Shown here: piece by piece, positions 1 through 6,701 of the stretch
Numbering within the stretch: position 1 is the stretch's first letter
Layout of the letters: every line of letters starts with the position of its first letter
Assembly: GCA_029858565.1 (NCBI GenBank)
Contig: JAOUEV010000088.1
Location: 1-11,080 of the forward strand
Origin: Nitrospirota bacterium
GTDB taxonomy: Bacteria; Nitrospirota; UBA9217
Direction: 5' to 3'
Length of the DNA: 11,080 nt
Translations under genes and position numbers: made by a program
The notes under the pieces: generated by a model
Database searches by the model: none
What the model was told of the DNA's origin: nothing
Seen by the model: the letters and a program-made list of their open reading frames with translations, nothing else

Positions 1-137
1 GTATCATGAGCGCATCCCGCGTTCTCGCGCGGACGTACTGGGCGATAGGACAGGGCCTCAGCTGAAAAAACCGCTGTTTGTCCTCATGGCGAAGCATGAT
101 CCGATTCCTATCGCTGTGCTTGGGCCTGATTTCCTCC

Positions 138-166
138 TTGTATACCATCACGTTCTGTTATACAAT
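138..166 (+). promoter_or_regulatory. Putative sigma70 promoter for rng (TTGTAT-N17-TACAAT)
   Basis: -35-like TTGTAT at 138-143, exact 17-nt spacer, -10-like TACAAT at 161-166, in an AT-rich patch ~85 nt upstream of the ATG at 250. Confidence 0.55.
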
Positions 167-189
167 AAACCCCGCAACGCGCAGATCAT

Positions 190-217
190 CCCCTGTCGCG
201 CAGACCGGCGGCAGGGG
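190..217 (+). other. Stem-loop in the putative rng 5' UTR
   Basis: CCCCTGTCGC (190-199) pairs with GCGGCAGGGG (208-217): 10 bp including one G-U, 8-nt loop, between the promoter and the SD. Confidence 0.45.
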
Positions 218-249
218 TTATCAAATAATCGTTCCCAAGGAGCCCAAGC

Positions 250-1755
250 ATGCCGTCACAATTGATCGTGAACGCAGGAAGAGAGGAGACCCGGATCGCC
301 CTGCTGGAGAACAATGTCGTCACCGACATTTTCATCGACCGGAAAAAGGACCGGGGGATCGCGGGAAACATCTATAAAGGAAGGATCATGAAGGTTCTGC
401 CGGGGATGCAGGCGGCCTTCGTGGACATCGGGCTCGAGAAATCCGCGTTCCTCTATGTGGGCGATGTGTTCGACAGCGCCTCGGAATACGCGCCCATGAT
501 GGAGGACGAGGGGATCGAGATGGAGGCGGAGACAAAGCGCAAGCGGTCCCATGCCGTCCAGATCGAGGACCTGCTGCAGGAGGGACAGGACATCGTCGTG
601 CAGGTCTCCAAGGAGCCGATCAGCACCAAGGGCGCCCGCGTCACGACCTATATCAGCATTCCCGGACGGTATCTGGTCGTCATGCCCGGAGTGAACCACA
701 TCGGCGTGTCACGGCGCGTGGAGAACGGCGAAGAGCGAAAGCGTCTGCGCGAGATCGTCCAGGCGGTCAGAAAACCGAACATGGGGTACATCATCCGGAC
801 GGCAAGCGAAGGCAAGAGCGAGGACGAGATCAGGTCGGACATTGAGTTCCTGGGCAGGCTCTGGGAGAACATCCAGCGGAAGCGCGAAAAGGTATCTTCC
901 CCCGCCCTGCTGCACAACGAGCTCGATCTCGTGTTTCGCGTCATCCGGGACGCCTTTACCTCGGACGTGGACCGCATGGTCATTGATTCCGAGGAGGAGT
1001 ACCAGCGCGCCCGCGAGTACGTGGAGTCCTACATCCCGTCCCTTGCCCGCCGCGTGAAGCATTACGACGACGATGATCCGATCTTCGAGCACTACGGCGT
1101 CGAGATCGAGATCTCCCGCGCCCTGGGCAGGAAGGTCTGGCTCAAATCAGGCGGCTATATCATCATCGACCAGACCGAAGCGCTCACCACCATTGATGTG
1201 AACACAGGCAGGTATGTTGGCAAACGCTCGCTCGAAGACACGATCCTGAAGACGAACCTCGAGGCCGTGCGCGAGATCGCCTACCAGCTCCGTCTCAGGA
1301 ACATCGGCGGGATCATCATCCTCGACTTCATCGATATGGAGCGCGAGGACAACCGCCGGAAGGTCCACCACGCGCTGCAGGAGGCCCTGTCCCACGACCG
1401 GGCCAAGACGACCATTTCCCACATCTCACCGCTCGGCCTGATCGAGATGACGCGCAAGCGTGTGCGTGACAGCCTCGGCCGCGCGCTCTGCGATACCTGT
1501 CCCTACTGCGACGGCAGGGGGTTCATCAAGTCCTGCCGCACGGTTTGCTATGAGGTTTTCCGGGAGCTGCAGAAGTCCTTCGGCGCCGCGGAAGAGAAGA
1601 AGGCTTTAGTGACGGTCCATCCCGCGGTCGCGGACATGCTCTATGACGAGGAGCGGCAGGGCGTTGAGGAGCTGGAGCGGGAGTTCGGCAAGAAGATCGT
1701 GATCAAGGCGGACCCGAACATGCACCAGGAGCAGTTCGAGGTGGTCATGGTGTAG
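250..1755 (+). CDS. rng: Rne/Rng family ribonuclease (RNase G-sized, no C-terminal scaffold)
   Basis: 501 aa. S1 domain start GNIYKGRIMKVLPGMQAAFVDIG, KEPISTKGAR, catalytic TIDVNTG and GGIIILDFIDM, GLIEMTRKR, Zn-link CPYC. SD AAGGAG at 237-242. Confidence 0.95.
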   Translation: MPSQLIVNAGREETRIALLENNVVTDIFIDRKKDRGIAGNIYKGRIMKVLPGMQAAFVDIGLEKSAFLYVGDVFDSASEYAPMMEDEGIEMEAETKRKRSHAVQIEDLLQEGQDIVVQVSKEPISTKGARVTTYISIPGRYLVVMPGVNHIGVSRRVENGEERKRLREIVQAVRKPNMGYIIRTASEGKSEDEIRSDIEFLGRLWENIQRKREKVSSPALLHNELDLVFRVIRDAFTSDVDRMVIDSEEEYQRAREYVESYIPSLARRVKHYDDDDPIFEHYGVEIEISRALGRKVWLKSGGYIIIDQTEALTTIDVNTGRYVGKRSLEDTILKTNLEAVREIAYQLRLRNIGGIIILDFIDMEREDNRRKVHHALQEALSHDRAKTTISHISPLGLIEMTRKRVRDSLGRALCDTCPYCDGRGFIKSCRTVCYEVFRELQKSFGAAEEKKALVTVHPAVADMLYDEERQGVEELEREFGKKIVIKADPNMHQEQFEVVMV

Positions 1756-2213
1756 CGAGAGCAACGTAGCCGGGGACCGGCCGCGAGCAGCCGATCAAGC
1801 GCCGGTCCTTGCATTTCTTGGCGTCGAGCAGTGCGGTATCCGCGGCAAGGATCAGGGAATGGGAAGCGGTCCCGTCAACGGGATAGGCTGCGATCCCGAT
1901 CGTGACCGTAAGATGGAACCGGTCCCGGGCGATGCGGGAGAATGAATCCTCGATCTCCCTCTTGATCCGCCTTGAGAAGAGATTATACGCCTTTTCCAGC
2001 CGGGTCTCCGGCAGTATGATGACCATCTCATCCCCGCCGTAGCGGGTTTGTTTCGGGATAGTAGAGGGCGATACTTCCTGCGCGGGTGCCGGTGACCGCT
2101 AGGGATTTGCGGAGTACCGAAGAGAGGGTCTTGTCGAGGTCCAGCTCGGAAATGACGGTCCGCGCCATTCCCAGGATGTTGTCCAGCCGGTTATGATCCT
2201 TCAGTACTCCCAC
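1745..2213 (-). pseudogene. Collapsed GAF + GGDEF diguanylate cyclase remnant (internal deletion, out of frame)
   Basis: GTG at 2213 with SD AAGGA opens a GAF-entry-like sequence (ISELDLDKTLSSVLRKSLAVTGTRAGSIALY). At ~2045 another frame reads RYGGDEMVIILPET...VTIGIAAYP...LILAADTALLDAK, the second half of a GGDEF domain. The GAF core and the first half of the GGDEF domain are absent. Confidence 0.8.
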
Positions 2214-2275
2214 GGCTATTCCTTGTCCTGCAACGGACGCATCCGTTCACCCCGATGCACGATCGTTGAAACCTA

Positions 2276-3118
2276 TCACAGAACAAGCAGGTTGTCAATC
2301 AGCCGCGTCGTCCCCAGGCGAACTGCAATAAGAAGCACTATTCTACCTGACAGCGCTTCAAGCGGCCGGAGCGTGTCAGGATCTGCAACTTCGGCATAAT
2401 CAATCTCGATCCCCTGTTCGGTCAGCAGCGTCTCCCGCATTTTCTGCCGCACTTGTTCCGGCTCCCGGACGCCGGCACGTATCAATTCCTCGCCTGCTTT
2501 GAGCGCCCGGAACAGCACCGCGGCCCTCCTGCGCTCATTCGCGTCCAGATAGCTGTTTCGCGAGCTCATGGCAAGCCCGTCCGCCTCGCGCACCGTGGGC
2601 AGCACGATCACCTCGACGTCCTGGTCCAATCCCCTGGTCATCCGCCTGATCACCGCGCACTGCTGAAAATCCTTCTGCCCGAAATAGGCGCGATGCGGCT
2701 TCACCATGTTGAAGAGCTTCGTCACCACCGTGGCGACCCCCCGGAAGTGTCCCGGCCGGATCGCGCCTTCCAGAACATCGGTGATCCCTTCGATGGACAC
2801 GAAGACCGAAGGAGGTTCGGGATACATTTCCGCTGCTGTCGGCAGGAAAAGATGGTCCACGCCTGCTGATGCGCACTTGGCCCGGTCGCCCTCCTCGTCG
2901 CGGGGATAGCGCGACAGGTCTTCCTGCGGACCGAACTGGGTGGGGTTCACAAAGATGCTCGCGACAACCACATCGTTCTCCTTCTTGGCCTGACGCATGA
3001 GCGACAGGTGCCCCTCGTGCAGAAACCCCATGGTAGGCACAAAACCGATGGTCTTTCCCGATTTGCGGAAGGATTCGGCAAAGGACTGCATTTCACGTAT
3101 GTTGTTAATGACTTTCAT
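2276..3118 (-). CDS. panC: Pantoate--beta-alanine ligase (pantothenate synthetase)
   Basis: FVPTMGFLHEGHLSL, SIFVNPTQF, RPGHFRGV, FGQKDFQQ, MSSRN, RLIDN. Start set at ATG 3118 (MKVINNI..., 280 aa); the longer track ORF runs into the upstream gene. Confidence 0.96.
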   Translation of the reverse strand: MKVINNIREMQSFAESFRKSGKTIGFVPTMGFLHEGHLSLMRQAKKENDVVVASIFVNPTQFGPQEDLSRYPRDEEGDRAKCASAGVDHLFLPTAAEMYPEPPSVFVSIEGITDVLEGAIRPGHFRGVATVVTKLFNMVKPHRAYFGQKDFQQCAVIRRMTRGLDQDVEVIVLPTVREADGLAMSSRNSYLDANERRRAAVLFRALKAGEELIRAGVREPEQVRQKMRETLLTEQGIEIDYAEVADPDTLRPLEALSGRIVLLIAVRLGTTRLIDNLLVL

Positions 3119-3572
3119 TGAAATAACCTGAAACCACCCGCACCGGTTCAATGCCGTGATCAAGAAGCCACTGAATCGCTTCGTCCCGCATCCAATCATC
3201 CTTGAACTTGTACCAACGCTCCAGTTCGCCGGGATGTTGGTCCAGGACGTTTTTGAATCTTCGGAACGCGCCCTTGCCGTCAAGAGCGATTGATAGCTTT
3301 TCCTTGAGACTGGTGTTCGTGACGGTCCCCGTGAATGAAACCATGATCTCGTATCCCTCACGGGATTCGCGCTTCAGGATCGGCAAATAGCGGTTTTGAT
3401 CATCGCTCAGTATTCTATCCGCTGTTGCCTCGAGTTCCTCGTCCCACTCGACCAGCGCCGATTCGGTTTCCCCGTCCTCCACGGCGCGCATGATGTCGTC
3501 GGGCATGTCGATGACCTCGCCGGTCTCCGTGTCGAGATACCCGCTCCGCTCCATGTTGTCGCCCAGTTCCAT
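3105..3572 (-). CDS. UPF0158-like protein, probably missing its first residues
   Basis: YLDTETGEVI, ESREGYEIMVSF, LSIALDGKGAFRRFKNVL, ERWYKFK...WL match my recollection of UPF0158. First plausible ATG after the junction is 3572 (155 aa). The 3' end overlaps the panC start by 14 nt. Confidence 0.75.
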   Translation of the reverse strand: MELGDNMERSGYLDTETGEVIDMPDDIMRAVEDGETESALVEWDEELEATADRILSDDQNRYLPILKRESREGYEIMVSFTGTVTNTSLKEKLSIALDGKGAFRRFKNVLDQHPGELERWYKFKDDWMRDEAIQWLLDHGIEPVRVVSGYFNESH

Positions 3573-3573
3573 G

Positions 3574-3729
3574 GCGAAACGGAAACTCCAGGTTGTCCTC
3601 CAGATAACAATACCAGCCCAAGGCCTGTTCCCAGACATGACAGGCGTCTACGACAATATCATCGTTGATGCGCTTTTCACGCGCCGGTTCTTTCGATTCT
3701 CTCTTTCTCGCCGAAAGTTATCGACCCAT
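3574..3729 (-). pseudogene. CcbP-like (calcium-binding protein family) 5' fragment
   Basis: ATG at 3729 overlaps the upstream stop (TGATG). Reads MGR*LSARKRESKEPAREKRINDDIVVDACHVWEQALGWYCYLEDNLEFPFR, resembling the IVVDAY..EQA.GWYYYLED.L.FPF motif. TAA at codon 4 (3718-3720); similarity ends after FPFR. Confidence 0.65.
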
Positions 3730-4127
3730 CACCCGCCCTCTTTCGGCTTCAGAAAATGCGTGGCATAGGCTTCTTCAATGTTCGGATCTCCATGCTTCGA
3801 AAAGCGGAGCTGCGTTTTCGACCCCTTGCCCCAGGACTGGTAGACTGTTTTACTCGGCCGCAAGTCGCGGGTCCGCGCGTATCTTTGGAATTCCCGAAGC
3901 ACATGACCGATCTTCGACAAGTTGACGGCAATACGTTCCTCCAGGCTGCGCACACGGCCGAAGCGCCAGGCGTCATGATCGGTCTTCGTCAGTTTTCCCA
4001 TGCGCATAAGAACGTCAACAAAACTGATAAAGCCTTTCTCCTCCGGCATCATCGCAGAGGTTTCCTGCATCTGCTCGACCAGCGACTCGCGACTCGTTCT
4101 CCGCGCGAGAAGAGTGCTTTCGCTCAT
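3729..4127 (-). CDS. Conserved hypothetical protein (132 aa, basic)
   Basis: ATG 4127 overlaps the upstream TAA (TAATG) and its TGA overlaps the next ATG. Motif-like segments KGFISFVDVL, WRFGRV, LRPSKTVY, LRFSKHGDPNIEEAYATHF. Confidence 0.75.
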   Translation of the reverse strand: MSESTLLARRTSRESLVEQMQETSAMMPEEKGFISFVDVLMRMGKLTKTDHDAWRFGRVRSLEERIAVNLSKIGHVLREFQRYARTRDLRPSKTVYQSWGKGSKTQLRFSKHGDPNIEEAYATHFLKPKEGG

Positions 4128-5167
4128 TACCGCAGCCCCGCCTCTCGTGCCATGGACTTCGGGATGACCATGCCGTTCGGCAGTTTGACGAAGGTGAGCG
4201 CATCGGCGATGTCCGGACTGCACAGACCCTCCTGCCCCATGCGTATGCGGCACGCCTTTTCAATGTCCGCGGCACGCGCCGACACGGTCGTCTTTTTCGT
4301 CCCGAAGAAAGCGCAAATAACGTCCGCGGTCAAATAGTTCGGGCTCTTGGAGTCGAAAAGAAAATTCAGCCGGGCGATCACATACACCACCGCCGCTGCC
4401 CACACCTCTTTCGCTCCGCCCGTGATGATGTATTTCCGCTTCCGGCCGATCTGTTCCCAGAGTTCCCGCGCATAGCCGCCAAGCTCCGGTGTGAGATGGG
4501 CCTGGGTAAAAGCATCAAGAAGAGCGCCGACTTCCTCGATCCGCGCCTGCTTCCTTGCTTCGACACTCTTGACCTGTTTCACCGGAGTGCCTCGCTGTCC
4601 AGCCGGCCGCTGCGATCGATGCCGTTCATCCGGAACCATCTGCGGCAGCAAAGGATTTACCTGAAACCTTCCTTTTTCGAGCAGTTCTTTATACGATTCA
4701 TTGAGGTTCTTCCTGATATTCGGACCGAGGCGGGCCAGTGTTGCGACCAATCCGTCGCAGACATAGTGATCATCAAAGGTGAATACTCCCGCCTCCAGAA
4801 CCGCTCCCGGCCCCCCGGTGATCATACTGAGTTCGTCCATCAGGCCGAGCACGCCGTAGCCGCACCCGCCGCCATCCTTGAGAAAAATCGAATAGTTCTT
4901 CAAATCGCGCACATACACCCATCTGGAATATTCGAGGTTTCTGATCGCGAGCAGGATCTTCCGGTCGATCGGCTCCGTGCCGTCCTCCAGCTTTCTCATA
5001 TATTCATCCAGCAAGCCCCGGTTTGCTATGAATCGCTTCCTTGCTGAATGCAGTTTATCAATCGTTCGCTTCTGTTCCTCGTCCGCGCTTTCCGGCTGAT
5101 AAATCGACAGCAAAAAGCGTTTATACTCGTTGATAAACCGATTTGCGATATCCGGATCAATTACCAT
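4127..5167 (-). CDS. Two-domain protein: uncharacterised N-terminal domain plus C-terminal DUF6398-like domain
   Basis: 346 aa from ATG 5167 (AAGGA upstream). C-terminal WAAAVVYVIARLNFLFD...LTADVICAFFGTKKTTVSARA is DUF6398-like (helical, HTH-like). N-terminal part has RDLKNYSIFL, YGVLGL, YVCDGLV, LGPNIRKNLNESY. A polar linker separates the two. Confidence 0.75.
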   Translation of the reverse strand: MVIDPDIANRFINEYKRFLLSIYQPESADEEQKRTIDKLHSARKRFIANRGLLDEYMRKLEDGTEPIDRKILLAIRNLEYSRWVYVRDLKNYSIFLKDGGGCGYGVLGLMDELSMITGGPGAVLEAGVFTFDDHYVCDGLVATLARLGPNIRKNLNESYKELLEKGRFQVNPLLPQMVPDERHRSQRPAGQRGTPVKQVKSVEARKQARIEEVGALLDAFTQAHLTPELGGYARELWEQIGRKRKYIITGGAKEVWAAAVVYVIARLNFLFDSKSPNYLTADVICAFFGTKKTTVSARAADIEKACRIRMGQEGLCSPDIADALTFVKLPNGMVIPKSMAREAGLR

Positions 5168-5513
5168 TTCCGTGTTTCCTTTTGAGAAATTCCCCGAACA
5201 GTTCACAGGTCCGCTCGAACGCCCGTGCTTCCTTTTCCGTCATCTGGTCGTACCCGTCCGGCAGGAGGCCGCCTTTGGGATAGGCGCTGGGCCAATTGGC
5301 CCAGAGTTCGGAGTGAGGAGAAAAGGTCTCAATATGCTGGGCCGGGAATGCGGTGACGTGCGACAGGGGCCGCTTACCCACCCAGGTGAGCATGGGGCGG
5401 CCTTTAGCAGCAGTGATCTTCACCTCTGTCTTTTTTTGAGGCGCGGATTCGGCGGACACAACGGAATGCTTCGGCTTCTTGACCGGTTTCTCTTTCTTCT
5501 TCGCGTTGCTCAC
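5157..5513 (-). pseudogene. Type III-like DNA methyltransferase (Mod) N-terminal stub fused to an unrelated C-terminus
   Basis: GTG 5513 with SD AAGGAG. KGRPMLTWVGKRPL..VTAFPAQ..ETF...WP..YPKGGLL resembles Mod N-termini, which normally continue into a GDN...IYIDPPF region. Here it switches at ~5262 to PDGYDQMTEKEARAFERTCELFGEFLKRKHGNGN*. No DPPY/F or FxGxG motif is present. Confidence 0.65.
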
Positions 5514-5539
5514 CTTTCGCTCCTTTGACAAGCTGCTCA

Positions 5540-5581
5540 TTACCCTCTCTTTTACCCTCTTTTAAGGGTATTACCTCTTTT
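5540..5581 (-). repeat. Three imperfect AAAAGAGGGTAA-like repeats at the fic 3' end
   Basis: Minus strand reads AAAAGAGGTAA, AAAAGAGGGTAA, AAGAGAGGGTAA. Also an inverted pair TACCCT (5553-5558) / AGGGTA (5565-5570). Confidence 0.5.
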
Positions 5582-6611
5582 TCCACGCAGCGCCTGGGCC
5601 TCGCCCAAGGCATTCAACCGTCCCCTTTTTCTGCAAATCCCGAAGCACTCGCCGGACCATATCGCGGCTCACTCCCGGGCAGGCTTTCTCCAAGTCAGCC
5701 AGCGTGAAGTCTCCGGAAAAACCATTGATCGCCGACTCGACAAGCTCCGTCTTTGCTCCTCGCGCCGTCCTGACCTGCCCCACCCGCTCCTCAAATTCCG
5801 CGTATGCAGTCTTGAGCGTATACAGGACATAGTTGATATACGGCCAGGGATTGTGCTTGCCTTCATGCCAGCCCAGGGAGCTTTGTTCCAGTGTCTCATA
5901 GTAGCGGTCCTTGCTCTGCTCGATGATGCGCTCAAGGCTGATGTAGCGGCCGACCTCGAAGCCCAGGTGATAGCACTGGAGCAAAAGGAGCAGCCGAGAC
6001 ACCCGGCCGTTGCCGTCTCGGAACGGATGAATGCACAGAAGGTCCAGATTGAAGGCCGCCATGGCAATGAGCGGATGCACAGTGCGTTCGCGCAGGCTTT
6101 CTTCCCAGAGAGCGATCAGTTCCTTGACTGCGGCGGGTGTATTTACCGCCGTTACGGTCTTGAAGCGAACCCGCTCGCGGCCATCCGGATATTTCTCGAT
6201 GATGTCGCCGTCCTTGTTCTTGAAGTTCCCGGCGTCCCATATCTCGCCACGGGTCAGCGCATGCAATTTCTTTATCGTATCCTCCGAGACGGAAAGCTTG
6301 CTTCCTTGTTCGTGGACCAGCTTGAGCGCGGTTCGATAGCCGCGCACTTCCTCCTCGTCGCGGTCACGGAGATGCGCCCTGCCGAGTACGACAGCTCTGA
6401 TCCTGTCCGGATCGACCTCTACCCCCTCGATCCTGTTCGACGACACGGCGCTTTCAATGACGGCGTGTTCCTTGAGCGCCTTGAGACGCTGCGGCGCCTG
6501 GCGGGTGAACAGCTCCTGCTTGCCTCGCGCCTCGCCCAGATCGGCAAGATACCACGACGCGATTGCCGGCATTGTCTCCATCTTCGGCGCGAACTGTTTA
6601 AGAGTCATCAT
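5571..6611 (-). CDS. Fic family protein with probable C-terminal HTH
   Basis: Canonical HPFRDGNGRVSR motif, N-terminal SNRIEG matching the (S/T)xxxE(G/N) inhibitory motif of class II Fic, C-terminal FTLADLEKACPGVSRDMVRRVL HTH-like. Start set at ATG 6611 (346 aa). Confidence 0.93.
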   Translation of the reverse strand: MMTLKQFAPKMETMPAIASWYLADLGEARGKQELFTRQAPQRLKALKEHAVIESAVSSNRIEGVEVDPDRIRAVVLGRAHLRDRDEEEVRGYRTALKLVHEQGSKLSVSEDTIKKLHALTRGEIWDAGNFKNKDGDIIEKYPDGRERVRFKTVTAVNTPAAVKELIALWEESLRERTVHPLIAMAAFNLDLLCIHPFRDGNGRVSRLLLLLQCYHLGFEVGRYISLERIIEQSKDRYYETLEQSSLGWHEGKHNPWPYINYVLYTLKTAYAEFEERVGQVRTARGAKTELVESAINGFSGDFTLADLEKACPGVSRDMVRRVLRDLQKKGTVECLGRGPGAAWKKR

Positions 6612-6701
6612 TGTCTGATATTCCAATTTGCATCCGGAAACATTGCTTGTTCGATCGCATCTTTAACTCTCTCTGTGCGGTCGCAATTTGCAACAACCCG
6701 C

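Noticed and set aside
1-148. Possible partial CDS at the left edge: + strand ...IMSASRVLARTYWAIGQGLS* ending at 65, or a - strand ORF starting at 97 or 148
   Set aside because: Both frames are open but short, with no recognisable motif, so the orientation cannot be decided.
78-377. 99-aa + strand ORF with a hydrophobic N-terminus
   Set aside because: It spans the rng promoter and overlaps rng out of frame, with a TTG start and no SD.
3119-3361. 81-aa N-terminal extension of PanC in the ORF track
   Set aside because: It is an off-frame reading of the UPF0158-like gene. PanC similarity starts at MKVINN (3118).
4128-4253. N-terminal extension of the 174-aa ORF
   Set aside because: It overlaps the DUF6398-like gene. 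The TAATG coupling points to a start at 4127.
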